From: an uncultured virus (IMG/VR IMGVR_UViG_3300044911_003846)
Taxonomy: Duplodnaviria > Heunggongvirae > Uroviricota > Caudoviricetes
IMG/VR virus record: IMGVR_UViG_3300044911_003846
Length of the DNA: 64,000 bases
Reading direction: 5' to 3' (one strand)
The notes beneath the pieces were generated by a model. It saw nothing but the letters and a program-made list of their open reading frames with translations, had not been told where the DNA came from and did not search any database. The position numbers and the translations under genes are program-made. Below, piece after piece: positions 30,104 to 40,140 of this stretch (positions within the stretch are counted from its first letter, which is position 1; every line of letters starts with the position of its first letter).

Positions 30104-30585
30104 GTGGTAACCTTAACAAGACCAAAGTTAATCGGGACAGTAAGCTGTGATTCCGGCTGCGTCAGTGTCCTTGATACATCTCATCTCGAAGTCACTGAAG
30201 GTTCTGTACAGCTTCCTCCCTGGAATCTTTACACCTCTATTGACACGGGAATCGGCGATGACGAGTTCACCGTCTATGAACAACGCGACAAGCGTGGCAG
30301 ACTAAGGCGCATTATTATCGAACTTGAGTGAGCTACATTCGGCCCCAACAAGAACCCAACCGTTGGCTCCAGGCTGTGCTCCTGGATATGTTGGAACAAA
30401 ACACCGAAGATTCTCGCGCTGATCTAAAAGAAGGGATTACACGTCTGGCCGCATGGATTGAGCCAGGGCTAATAGATCAGCTATTCGCTGACTGGGTAGA
30501 TGAATACTTGAGTCTTTTGGCCGAATTAGAAAGCAATCGTAGTAGCGATCCGGCATTGTGTTTGCCAGAGGATCGTCCGGAGTAA
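30104..30585 (+). CDS. Two hypothetical genes (30104-30331, 30328-30585)
   Basis: Coupled GTGA overlap. Confidence 0.55.
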
Positions 30586-31048
30586 TCCCGATAATCTCAA
30601 ATTCATTCCGGATTACATCATCCGCATAAGGCGGACGGTACCAATAGAACTCCTGTTTGATCGTGTCGACGCACCACTCTGGGTGGTAGCGGCACCACCG
30701 GCTGAAGGCGCGGAACTGTTTATCCGGATCGCCTGAGGTCGAATCGATGACCAGAGCATCGCCGGGCTGAAGAACCCAGCGGAGGCGAAGGACTTCCTCG
30801 AAGCCGCGACGGATCGCTTTGATGCCGACACGACCGTTGAAATGATTGTCTAGAGAGCGGCGTCGTTTATTTTTGCGGCGCCAATACCAATCGTTCAGTT
30901 GCCGACGGGATTTACCAATCGCAAATCCGGTATTCCAAAGGTAATAACCAGGAGCGTATTCCCGTACGGGCTCCAAAAATATTTTGCACAGGTGCCCCTC
31001 GACAGTAAATGTAGAAGAGATAAACTTGCGGCGTATTCGATACGTCAT
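30437..31048 (-). CDS. Hypothetical protein, antisense within the replication operon
   Basis: Likely start MTYRIRRKF at 31048; the upstream part of the 304-aa ORF shadows a plus-strand gene. Confidence 0.55.
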   Translation of the reverse strand: MTYRIRRKFISSTFTVEGHLCKIFLEPVREYAPGYYLWNTGFAIGKSRRQLNDWYWRRKNKRRRSLDNHFNGRVGIKAIRRGFEEVLRLRWVLQPGDALVIDSTSGDPDKQFRAFSRWCRYHPEWCVDTIKQEFYWYRPPYADDVIRNEFEIIGITPDDPLANTMPDRYYDCFLIRPKDSSIHLPSQRIADLLALAQSMRPDV

Positions 31049-31049
31049 T

Positions 31050-31570
31050 GTGGAAGATCTTCTTCGCTTAATCCAGAATGACCCAACACTTTGGGAAATT
31101 CTAGAGCAATTAAAGCACCAAGATGAGAGTCCGGAAGACTTTCTCCTGAGTGTTGCCCAAATGCTCTCCATTGAATTTGAGGAGCTGCACCGCACCGATC
31201 TTAGCGACAAACTGGCCGCTCTCTTCGGTGGTTTGCCTGAAAAAGCTTTTGTAATGGTGCCTCTGCTGCTGCACATCGCACTGGACATCTTCCTTTTGAG
31301 GGCAATTCCTAACCGCGACGCAATTCGGGATTGATCATGCAGACCGGACACGTTTTAGTTTCACACGATCTAGCCAAGGTTTTGTGTCTGACTGGTGACA
31401 AGAAAGGGGTGCGACTTGTCGCGATTGAGTCGACTAAAGAGCTGAATCAGTCCATCTGCTTGGCGGACCTGACGGAAGCCAAGAATATTCATGAAAGGCT
31501 TAAGGATGCTGGGTTGATCGGCAGCCTAGAAATCGTTAATGTGGCTAGGCTTTACAAGAAATTTTACTGA
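31050..31570 (+). CDS. Two hypothetical genes (31050-31334, about 31337-31570)
   Basis: Co-oriented with the DNA polymerase. Confidence 0.55.
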
Positions 31571-31573
31571 TCC

Positions 31574-33418
31574 GTGCGCCTGGTACTTGATGTGGAATCA
31601 AATGGTCTGCTCCATGAGCTAGATCGGATTCACTCGCTCGTGCTGCGGGATGTGGACAGTGGTGAAATTTATAGTTGCGCGGATCAAGAAGGGTACCTTT
31701 CGATACAACACGGCCTGGATTTAATCGCCGAGGCAGAGCAACTTGTAACACATAACGGGATCAACTTCGACTACCGCGCACTAAGAAAGGTCTATCCCGG
31801 TCTCGTTATGAGACCGAATTGCGATCATGTAGACACGTTGATCCTGAGTCGGGTTCTGTGGCCAGAGCTTGAGCCGGTGGACGATCAAAAATTCTCTCAT
31901 ATCGCCAACAAGTATCGAGGTCGACACTCTCTTGCGGCCTGGGGCGAGAGACTGGGTGTAGAAAAGATTAAGTTCCAAGAGGAGCAGAAAAAAGATCCAG
32001 ATGTGGACAATGTCTGGGACAAATGGACGCCGCAGATGCAGGATTACTGCGTCGGAGATACGCTGGTCACACTGAAGCTCTATGAGTATCTTTCCTTGCA
32101 ACCGCTAGACCCCAGGTGCCATGAACTGGAGCATGCATTTGCGACAATTATGTCGCTTCAGGAGGAATTCGGTTTCCCCTTCAATGAGAAGGCGGCATTC
32201 GCTTTGGTTAACACGCTTAAAGCTCGTCGAGCTGAACTCGATGATGAGCTCCAAGAAGTATTCCCTCCAATCATCAAGGAGCGTATTTCACCTAAAACCG
32301 GAAAGAAACTCAAAACACACATCACTACGTTTAACCCCGGTTCGCGTCAACAAACTGCCGATCGGTTACGTGAACGTTACCCTGAAATTACGTTCGAAAA
32401 AACAGAAAAGGGTAATACCAAGGTTGATGACGATGTTCTGGAAGTCCTTGGCGAAAAATATCCAGAAGCTAAGATCCTGGCAGAATACCAACTACTGAAC
32501 AAACGGTTGGGTCAGATCGCTGACGGGAAAGAGGCGTGGCTTCACCATTGTCAAAAGTACGGTGACGGACGCATCCATGGCGGCGTAAAGACAAATGCCT
32601 GTGTGAGCGGTCGATGTTCTCATGTGAGTCCCAACATGAGCCAAGTACCGGCCGTTGGTTCTCCTTATGGATCGGAGTGCCGAGCCCTGTTTACAGCTCC
32701 AAAAGGTTGGATGTTGGTAGGGACAGACGCTGCAGCGCTAGAACTTCGGGCTTTAGGGGCGTGGTTGGCTCACTTTGATGGCGGCGAATACGCAAAGCTG
32801 GTTAGTACTGAAGGTTTTGATATTCATAGTTACAATGCCAAGCTGTTTGGTATTTGGAATGGAGAGGGGCAAATTGAAAAAATGCAGCGTAACCTGGCAA
32901 AGTCTTGCATCTTTGCTGTCTGCTACGGGGCCGGCTCGAGGAAGGTTGGCTCGTTATTTTACCCGAAAGGATCTGAACAGCAAATGATGGTAAAGGGCAA
33001 AGAGGTAATCGATACTTTTTATAAACGACTTCCAGCTATTAAACAGTTGAAGGATAAAATTACCGAGAGGATCAACAATCGTGGTTACTTGGTTGGTATT
33101 GACGGTAGGCATCTTCAGATTAGATCTGCTCACTCAGCGTTGAATCAATTATTGCAATCAACCGGGGCAGTTTTAATGAAAAAGGCATCCTGTATTTTGC
33201 ATCAGGATTTAACTGAATCCGGGCTTGAATACGCAATTGATTATGGATTTTGTGGACACTTTCACGATGAAATACAGGCGGCTGTTAAGCCAGAGTATGT
33301 AAATCTGATGATGGAAACTTCTATTAAAGCAATTGAAAAATCGGGTAAATACTTTAATTTATTGTGCCCATTTACGGGCGAATCTAGGACTGGCGCCAAC
33401 TGGAAAGAGACACACTGA
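31574..33418 (+). CDS. DNA polymerase family A, T7-like, with 3'-5' exonuclease
   Basis: ExoI DVESNG, ExoII HNGINFD, ExoIII YC..D, motif A DAAALELR, motif B R..AKSCIFAVCYG, motif C HDE. Confidence 0.95.
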   Translation: MRLVLDVESNGLLHELDRIHSLVLRDVDSGEIYSCADQEGYLSIQHGLDLIAEAEQLVTHNGINFDYRALRKVYPGLVMRPNCDHVDTLILSRVLWPELEPVDDQKFSHIANKYRGRHSLAAWGERLGVEKIKFQEEQKKDPDVDNVWDKWTPQMQDYCVGDTLVTLKLYEYLSLQPLDPRCHELEHAFATIMSLQEEFGFPFNEKAAFALVNTLKARRAELDDELQEVFPPIIKERISPKTGKKLKTHITTFNPGSRQQTADRLRERYPEITFEKTEKGNTKVDDDVLEVLGEKYPEAKILAEYQLLNKRLGQIADGKEAWLHHCQKYGDGRIHGGVKTNACVSGRCSHVSPNMSQVPAVGSPYGSECRALFTAPKGWMLVGTDAAALELRALGAWLAHFDGGEYAKLVSTEGFDIHSYNAKLFGIWNGEGQIEKMQRNLAKSCIFAVCYGAGSRKVGSLFYPKGSEQQMMVKGKEVIDTFYKRLPAIKQLKDKITERINNRGYLVGIDGRHLQIRSAHSALNQLLQSTGAVLMKKASCILHQDLTESGLEYAIDYGFCGHFHDEIQAAVKPEYVNLMMETSIKAIEKSGKYFNLLCPFTGESRTGANWKETH

Positions 33419-33452
33419 CGAACCTTTAATAAGGGAAATCCTTATTAAAACT

Positions 33453-34757
33453 TTAGCGGCTTATTTCCTCCCAATCTAACGAAGCGTAGATATCGGCTCC
33501 GTTAGTGTCCGCTGCTGCTGCTAACGTCAACTCAAAGGGTGTGGAGGTAAAAGCATTTCTTTCAAGCTGGAACGAGAATAAAGCCTCTTTCAAGATGTCA
33601 ACCGGCGTTGATCCTTGGTTGGAGCCATTAAGAAAACCAGATGCCAATATCCGTCCACCCGTAAAACTTGTGCCAGTAATGTTATATTCAACGGAGGAAT
33701 CAGCTGCAGCACTTGTCCATGTGCCACCAGTAGTCGTTCCAGACGCTACAACCCGCCAAGAATAGTTAGCGTTGTTGGTAATACCTAAAATAGACAAGGC
33801 TGTCAAAATAATAATTGCGTCTAAACGATTCGGTGACGCTTTTAGCCGAATAGATGCCACGGGATAATAAGTAATTGCTGTAGTTAAATCGCGTGGACTA
33901 CCAATAGGCGTTTCAATTGACTGCTGAGCACCACGAAGTTCATACCCACCTTCGGAAAGAACAGACGAACAAACTTGCTTCAAGGTACTGTTACTGGCTG
34001 TTGTTCCAGTATTTTCAATTTCATACCTAAGGGGAAGCGAAGCAGTACTGATATAAGTAGAAGAAATTAAGTTAGCGTGATGAAAAACATGACACGGAAT
34101 AAATTTCCCATCAATCACGAATCCCATGCGGACAGAACCAAGCCCAAGCCACTCAACATCCATCCAGAGAATTTGGGCTTTGGTAATATTTAAAACAATC
34201 TCAGATGGACCGGTTCCATCCATCTTGTCGATATTCCAGTTTGCTTGAGCGACTCGTGTTTCTGAAAAACTACCAGAAGAAATACTGCGCTCAACAAATG
34301 ATAAGGTTGAATTATTCAGCTCAATGTACATACCATTGTCGGCACCAAAATAACCGACACGTTGTCGTAATCCGGTCTTGGCCGGTGCCATGACAAAGGT
34401 GTTAAGAACTAATAAAGATTTTCCAGGTTGATAAGAAAATACCTTGGTTGTTTCACGGTAAACCAGGGAACCGGATGTCGTTGTAACAGCAAGATCAACT
34501 AAGCCCTCACTGACTTGGAACGTAACAGTGCCACCAGTAGCGGTACTACTGTTCCACAGACCATTGTCCCTGTAACGGTGGCTGGAATCAAAAAGAGTAA
34601 ATGGATTCGAGACACGTAGACGACCAAATGCATCAGTAGCAGGACTCGGCTCCCCTGTTATCGGAGCGGTGACGGATACATTAAGAACCTGGTCGTCGGG
34701 ATTTAAAACCTTAACAACTTCGTAACGGTTCTTATCGCGCTCTAGAACAGTTGCCAC
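33453..34757 (-). CDS. Putative virion structural protein (DAFGRLRVS type)
   Basis: DAFGRLRVSNPFTLFDS, YQPGKS and LPLRYEI motifs; beta-rich. Confidence 0.65.
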   Translation of the reverse strand: MATVLERDKNRYEVVKVLNPDDQVLNVSVTAPITGEPSPATDAFGRLRVSNPFTLFDSSHRYRDNGLWNSSTATGGTVTFQVSEGLVDLAVTTTSGSLVYRETTKVFSYQPGKSLLVLNTFVMAPAKTGLRQRVGYFGADNGMYIELNNSTLSFVERSISSGSFSETRVAQANWNIDKMDGTGPSEIVLNITKAQILWMDVEWLGLGSVRMGFVIDGKFIPCHVFHHANLISSTYISTASLPLRYEIENTGTTASNSTLKQVCSSVLSEGGYELRGAQQSIETPIGSPRDLTTAITYYPVASIRLKASPNRLDAIIILTALSILGITNNANYSWRVVASGTTTGGTWTSAAADSSVEYNITGTSFTGGRILASGFLNGSNQGSTPVDILKEALFSFQLERNAFTSTPFELTLAAAADTNGADIYASLDWEEISR

Positions 34758-34807
34758 AATCTAAAATTTGCTATGCTTGGTCTAAGGCTAGCACTGAATC
34801 AATTTTT

Positions 34808-35539
34808 ATGGATAAACAGCGCTTCCATTACGTTTATTACAGCTATGAAAGCTGGGGCAGAGGATACATTGGTGTCCGGTCCTGCTACGTGAAGCCTGAA
34901 AGCGACAAAAAATACCTTGGAAGTTTTAAAGATAAAAGCTTCAAGCCAACAGAAAAAATTATATTGTGCGAATTCGAAACAAGAGAAGAGGCGGAGCAGG
35001 CCGAAATAAAGTTGCACCAATTTTTCCAAGTAGCGGCCAATCCCGACTTTGCAAATAGAATAAATAGTTCAACCGAGGGGTTCAATCGCCTAGGCGCAAA
35101 AAATAGTCTGCATGTGAGGCAAAAAGTATCAGAATCAAACAAAAATAATAAGTATTGTGTTGGGAGGAAGTTGTCCAATCAAACCAAACAGTTAATCTCA
35201 GAAAACAATAAGGGTAAGCATGACGGGGAAAAGAATCCCATGTTTGGAAAAACGCACACAGATGAAGTAAAAGATTTTCTACGAAAGAACACTAGAAAGT
35301 GGATCGAAGAAAAGGGTCATCCAATGAAGGGAAAGCGGCATACAGAAGAGAGCCGAAGAAAAATATCAGAACAGCAAAAAAAGATTAAAGTAAAACTGCA
35401 AAACATAGAGACTGGTGAAATATATGAATTTTCTTCTCAACTGGAGGCCGCTAGGGCTTTGGGGATTTATCAGGGCTCAGTGTCAAGCTTGTGTAAGGGT
35501 AAATTAAAGACCACCGGGGGATGGAAGCTCGCTGTGTAA
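34808..35539 (+). mobile_element. Free-standing GIY-YIG homing endonuclease with NUMOD3 repeats and C-terminal HTH
   Basis: YVYYSYE..GRGYIG.R, Y.GS, NPMFGKTHTDE, HTEESRRKISE, F.SQLEAARALG; AT-rich. Confidence 0.85.
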
Positions 35540-35784
35540 TCGAATACAGGCCTTAAGCATTTTTTCTCTTGCCATTCTACGGAAAAGAATTACACTGCTT
35601 AGGCTTCCGCGCACCCCATGGAACCTCAACGGATTCGAGACATCAAAAAAGCCCTCAACGATATGAGCATGGAGGAGCTGCAGGAGATGTCAGACAATCT
35701 CAGTGATCTCATTTCTGTCTTAATGACGCGCCAGGTGGCGGTCGAAGACGAAATCCTCGACCGGTTGGAGGCCGCCTTCGTTAA

Positions 35785-36237
35785 GTGACACCCGACGAAG
35801 AGAAGTGGCACCTGAGATTTTTGAATTTAGCCATTCAAATCTCGACATTTAGTAAGGACCCTTCAACCCAAGTTGGTTGTGTCCTGGTACGAAACCGGAG
35901 GGTCGTGAGTACCGGGTACAACGGCTTCCCAAAGAACATCAGCGACAATTTTGAGCGGCTGATGGATCGGGAAAAGAAGTACGAAATCACCGTCCATGCA
36001 GAGGTGAATGCAGTTACAACCGCTGCACTCCACGGTGTCAGTACGGAAGGCTGCAATGCCTACGTGACCTTCAGCCCCTGCAGCCATTGTGCTGCTGTCC
36101 TGATTAACGCTGGCATCCAAGAGGTGTACGTCGTCGGAGGGAGCATCATCCCTGACCGATGGTTGTCCAATTTCATCACTGCCAGTAATCTGCTGGCGGA
36201 GGCTGGCGTCCTCTACAAAGTCCTAGACCCGTCTTAA
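35785..36237 (+). CDS. dCMP deaminase
   Basis: SKDPSTQVG, GYNG, HAEVNA, PCSHC. Confidence 0.92.
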   Translation: MTPDEEKWHLRFLNLAIQISTFSKDPSTQVGCVLVRNRRVVSTGYNGFPKNISDNFERLMDREKKYEITVHAEVNAVTTAALHGVSTEGCNAYVTFSPCSHCAAVLINAGIQEVYVVGGSIIPDRWLSNFITASNLLAEAGVLYKVLDPS

Positions 36238-36243
36238 CCCCAA

Positions 36244-36957
36244 ATGAACCTGATCATCGCCTCGGCCAACTATGCCGGTGAAGTTTTCACCGATAGCGGG
36301 CTCCGCTTTATGCAGCTCAACATCCCTGCGAGCGGAAAGAACAACGCCCCTGTACCTCTGCTTGTGATTCCGAACAAGGCCGGTGGTGACAGCTTTGATG
36401 TTTTCTCGCCAGGTTGTCAGATCCTGATTAGCGGTCGGGTTTACCCAAACCGTAATGACTACAAAATGTACGTGGTGCCAACGCAGCCGCTGCAGGTGGT
36501 CCCGAAAGAAGTCAATCTGAACCAGGTAAATCTGGCAGGCGGTGTCGGTTTTATTCAGGAAAAGAAGCTGGAGGACCTCTTTGCCTTCAGCATGATGTGC
36601 AAAGCGCCGAGCCAACAGCTGCTCGGTCATAACTGGCAGGACAGCCTCGGTTTCCGCATCGAGAGCTGGGGTGATGACGCCAAGCGTCTGGAGGCACTGC
36701 TGTATGTCGGTCGGCAGATGGCCCTGACTGGAGCTCTGCGCTACAACACCTGGACGGCTCAGGATGGTTCCCAACGCGGCACCTACCAGGTGAGAGTACG
36801 GGCATCACAGTATTCCGTTTTCGGGAAAAATCAACCAAAGGTGGACGCTGGTCAAGGTGAAGCAACCGTCGTCAAGGCGGCAGTTCCGGTGCCAACCCCC
36901 CAGATGCAACAGGATTTGGCACCCTGCTCAGTAGAAGAGGATCAAATCCCTTTCTGA
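36244..36957 (+). CDS. ssb: Single-stranded DNA-binding protein (probably two OB folds)
   Basis: G.L.Y.TW...DG..R pattern; acidic C-terminal EEDQIPF tail. Confidence 0.7.
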   Translation: MNLIIASANYAGEVFTDSGLRFMQLNIPASGKNNAPVPLLVIPNKAGGDSFDVFSPGCQILISGRVYPNRNDYKMYVVPTQPLQVVPKEVNLNQVNLAGGVGFIQEKKLEDLFAFSMMCKAPSQQLLGHNWQDSLGFRIESWGDDAKRLEALLYVGRQMALTGALRYNTWTAQDGSQRGTYQVRVRASQYSVFGKNQPKVDAGQGEATVVKAAVPVPTPQMQQDLAPCSVEEDQIPF

Positions 36958-37059
36958 TCGAAAGATAGCTTCAGCTTATCTTCCCCTCTGCCCTCTTCCA
37001 TTTCGGTGGACGGGGGCTATTCTGATTTTTGCACCCACAAGGTGCGCTAACCCATTGCA

Positions 37060-37992
37060 ATGACTGAAATGTCCGTATTGGACCGTTACCTAAATACTGA
37101 AAAGTATCAAGGTGAGATGCGGGAGCTGGTGAATGCCCAGATCCTCAACGACAAATCCCAGTGTGGCCTCTTCCTGAAGGACACCGCCCTTGCTCGCATT
37201 GGCTGGTCCGGCAACGTGAAGGACTTCCCCAAAGCGGAAGAGTACGTCCACACCTACAACAATGGTGACAAAAACGAGGGCATCTTCTTCAAGACCCCTC
37301 GGATGGTCATCCTCCACTGCGGCTTCCGTAAGGACGTCACCTTCATCGAGAACTCCGACAAGGGTGGCATCGACGGAATCTACCCCAGGGATTCGTACCT
37401 TTACGACGACTTCGAGGCTGCTAACCCCGGTAAGCCCTCGCCTTACAAACGTCGTCGCCTGATGTTGATGTTCCTGGTGAACAAAGATGGCCTGGCTGTC
37501 CACAAGAAGCCGGTGATCCTGTCGGTCCATGGCGGTGCCTCGAACCTCTTCTGCGACGCCTACGCCACCTTCATCGAACAACTGGAATCAGCCTTCGCAG
37601 ATCGCATGGGCCTCAAGTCCGCTGCAGGTTTCGACCCCAAGCAGGCAGCTGCTGCTATCTTCACCCCAACCTTCGGCGCTCAGCTGTACGGTGGTGAGAA
37701 AGCCAAGAGCTGGATCGCTTACCCCGAGAAGTGGGTGGTGCCAACCGCTGAAACCGTGGAAGACTTCTTCCCGAAAGACGCTGAGGACATCGATTTTATC
37801 GAAAACGTCTGGGAGACCTGCCCTCCTACCGTCTATGCCGCTACCTTCTTCAAGCAGTGTGAGAAGGAGATCGGCTACCACGCGATCAAGCCTGGTCTGG
37901 ACTTCACCCTGCCTCCCGTGGAAGGTGGTCGCGGTTCCAAAGCCCTGTTCGGTGCTCGCGATGAAGAGACCGGCGAGGTTGTCCTCGACTGA
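37060..37992 (+). CDS. Conserved replication-region protein (possible SSB/annealing protein)
   Basis: 310 aa, strongly biased codon usage, C-terminal DEETGEV tail, followed by a terminator. Confidence 0.55.
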   Translation: MTEMSVLDRYLNTEKYQGEMRELVNAQILNDKSQCGLFLKDTALARIGWSGNVKDFPKAEEYVHTYNNGDKNEGIFFKTPRMVILHCGFRKDVTFIENSDKGGIDGIYPRDSYLYDDFEAANPGKPSPYKRRRLMLMFLVNKDGLAVHKKPVILSVHGGASNLFCDAYATFIEQLESAFADRMGLKSAAGFDPKQAAAAIFTPTFGAQLYGGEKAKSWIAYPEKWVVPTAETVEDFFPKDAEDIDFIENVWETCPPTVYAATFFKQCEKEIGYHAIKPGLDFTLPPVEGGRGSKALFGARDEETGEVVLD

Positions 37993-38019
37993 TCCTGTAG
38001 ACTAGACCTGGACGGACTG

Positions 38020-38046
38020 AGCCACTCCTTCGGGGGTGGCTTTTTT
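38020..38046 (+). terminator. Rho-independent terminator
   Basis: AGCCACTCC-TTCG-GGGGTGGCT followed by a T run. Confidence 0.85.
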
Positions 38047-38290
38047 AGTCTGGATAATATTTACGGATAGCGTCAGCTTCCAGGTTGGCCAATCGCTTGA
38101 CAAGGTTACGAATAATAGCTTGTCGTTGAACGGCTAGTTGAAGTAATTTTTTAGCACCTTCACGAAGACTGGCTGGATCCGTCGCTTTGTCTAACTCAGT
38201 AGATAATCGTGTTATTTGAAATTCATCTTCCAGACTGAGGCTGAAATCGTCTTCTTCAAATGCGAACTCAACAATCTCGAAGCTGGACAT
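38045..38290 (-). CDS. nblA: NblA-like phycobilisome degradation protein (copy 1)
   Basis: LSLEDEFQI....ELD...D...LRE....LLQ....RQAIIRNLV matches the NblA helix-loop-helix LSLEQxF pattern. Confidence 0.6.
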   Translation of the reverse strand: MSSFEIVEFAFEEDDFSLSLEDEFQITRLSTELDKATDPASLREGAKKLLQLAVQRQAIIRNLVKRLANLEADAIRKYYPD

Positions 38291-38310
38291 AGAATCCGAG
38301 CATGATTTTT

Positions 38311-38351
38311 AGTCTAACGAGATACAATTTTGGATAGGTAGTAGATAATAC
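38311..38351 (-). promoter_or_regulatory. NtcA-activated-type promoter for the nblA-like gene
   Basis: GTA-N8-TAC (38338-38351), 21-nt spacer, then TAGACT -10 (38316-38311, minus). Confidence 0.55.
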
Positions 38352-38373
38352 AAATACAATCTTAAGAATTGGG

Positions 38374-38401
38374 TTGACAAATCCCAAAAAGACCGTAAAA
38401 T
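38374..38401 (+). promoter_or_regulatory. Sigma70-type promoter
   Basis: TTGACA-N16-TAAAAT upstream of GTG at 38426. Confidence 0.65.
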
Positions 38402-38425
38402 CCAGTCGCCCACTTAATTCCCACC

Positions 38426-38566
38426 GTGGCAAAGAAAGCTGCTACCGCTACCGTCATCCACAAGGAGCCCGTCAAGAAGCGCACATCCATCGGTCATGGC
38501 CTGCGCAAGCGCAGCTCATTTAAGAGGCACGGCGAGAAACCATATGGCGGTCAGGGTAAAGGTTAA
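38426..38566 (+). CDS. Small basic cyanophage peptide (KKRTSIG...YGGQG type)
   Basis: Manual ORF MAKKAATATVIHKEPVKKRTSIGHGLRKRSSFKRHGEKPYGGQGKG. Confidence 0.65.
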   Translation: MAKKAATATVIHKEPVKKRTSIGHGLRKRSSFKRHGEKPYGGQGKG

Positions 38567-38741
38567 TTCATTTAAGATTGTTCGGTAGTCGTCAGGCAGA
38601 CAGCCTGGAAAGACGCTGGGAGTTTAGGGGGATGTTGCTGTTAGGCACTTGATTCCCCCACTCGCCACCTGTTTTGGTTCCATGACAGCCCTGGCCTAAC
38701 CGCCGGGGCTTGTTATTATTGAGTGCCCAACGGACCACGCA

Positions 38742-39062
38742 ATGTCCGACTACTGCACCGAAGACTTCGAGACTTACTCAAGACTCTTTGAGCTCAAAGC
38801 CGAAAAAACGGTCGAGTTGATGCGAATCCTCGACGAAAAGATTTGTAATGAGCTTCAAATGCCGACCATGCGGCCAAAAGACCTGTTCCGCATGGTTATG
38901 GACATGGGTTATGAAGTCGATCGTATGTATAAAAAAGAGAAAAATATCGAAGAGCAATCTACTTTTTTAGACACTTTCGTAACCAAAGATGAAACCATTT
39001 CTAAGATGCGCACCATGCTCCAAGATGAATTTAAACGTTACCTTGGTGAGGGAGATGAATGA
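38742..39062 (+). CDS. Hypothetical protein
   Basis: 106-aa ORF. Confidence 0.55.
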   Translation: MSDYCTEDFETYSRLFELKAEKTVELMRILDEKICNELQMPTMRPKDLFRMVMDMGYEVDRMYKKEKNIEEQSTFLDTFVTKDETISKMRTMLQDEFKRYLGEGDE

Positions 39063-39255
39063 AGAAGCCACTGAAGCCAACACCTGGAACTTACTTGTTG
39101 ATGAGGACGGTGTTCTCACCCTCCCTGATGAGGTTTGGCAAACCCTTGGATGGATGGAAGGTGACAGCCTTGAATTCATCGAAAACGATGATGGTTCGTT
39201 CCAAATTGTGAAAGCCGATGAAACTCCCAGTGATTCGCGAGAGGTTAGTTCGTAG
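39055..39255 (+). CDS. AbrB/MazE-like protein
   Basis: VDEDGVLTLPDEVWQTLGWMEGDSLEFIENDDGSF. Confidence 0.7.
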   Translation: MNEEATEANTWNLLVDEDGVLTLPDEVWQTLGWMEGDSLEFIENDDGSFQIVKADETPSDSREVSS

Positions 39256-39593
39256 GCTGTGTGTAAACTACATCGCCTACATGGGCCAAAAAGACTGCAA
39301 CCAAGATTGGTTAGCCGGTTACTTCCAGGCCAAAAAAGAGGCTGAAGAATTTCTTCGTCAACAAGAAATCTATGAACCCTACGATGGATGAAATGATCCG
39401 CAATGCCAAGCTCCTACAAGAGGAGGAATTGGCCTGGGTTAGTAATTTGTACCGCCAACGGCTGCAGTACCTTCAGGAAACTGAGGTTCTTCGCCAGGAA
39501 TGGCTCAAAGAACAAGAGAACCAAATTAAAGATTAAACATCTTGTCAGAGGGTTGACACTCGGTAAGCTGACATCGTTGTTTCTGCTTCACCA

Positions 39594-39830
39594 ATGAAGC
39601 CCCGCAAAGTCAATTACCGAGGCACCGCTTCGGAGATCCTCGAACCCATCGAATTTGAGGGTTACCAGATTCAGAGCCTGAAACACGGTAATACCAAACA
39701 CGTTCTGTACCGCTTCCCAAGTGAAGCCCATGACTGGGAGCCTTGTTGGTCTACGGATATTGAGACCGCCAAAAAAGGGGTTACCAAATACAATCAGCAT
39801 CTTAAGGAGAAGGGTTCGGTACCAGAGTGA
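39594..39830 (+). CDS. Hypothetical protein
   Basis: 78-aa ORF. Confidence 0.5.
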   Translation: MKPRKVNYRGTASEILEPIEFEGYQIQSLKHGNTKHVLYRFPSEAHDWEPCWSTDIETAKKGVTKYNQHLKEKGSVPE

Positions 39831-39873
39831 GGTACCCGTAGAATCAGCTTTGTATTATTGACAGGCGTAGACA

Positions 39874-40140
39874 GTGGTTCGGCCCGCGTTTCGACATAGC
39901 GATTTGATGGATGACCTGGCGATGGATATCCACGCCTATCTCCTTGAAATTTCTACTGAATTTGATGGGAATCGGTTCGTGCTGATCCCCATCACGGACG
40001 TGGTGAAGAAGTTCGAACGCAATCACCGAACCATTCAGCGCCGTCTGAGTGCGCTTAAAGATGAAGGTATCTTGGTTCCGGTAATCAAGAAAAACACCAT
40101 CACCCTTTACAACGTTAAGGATCTCGGGGATGAGCCATGA
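39874..40140 (+). CDS. Winged-HTH DNA-binding protein
   Basis: ITDVVKKFERNHRTIQRRLSALKDEGIL. Confidence 0.65.
   Translation: MVRPAFRHSDLMDDLAMDIHAYLLEISTEFDGNRFVLIPITDVVKKFERNHRTIQRRLSALKDEGILVPVIKKNTITLYNVKDLGDEP

Noticed and set aside
30437..31351. Full 304-aa minus-strand ORF as one gene
   Set aside because: The first ~100 codons shadow the plus-strand gene 31050-31334; a start at 31048 is more plausible.
31574..33418. 2-aminoadenine (Z-genome) system, or an intron/intein in the polymerase
   Set aside because: No PurZ or DatZ recognised in the window; the polymerase ORF is continuous and of normal length.
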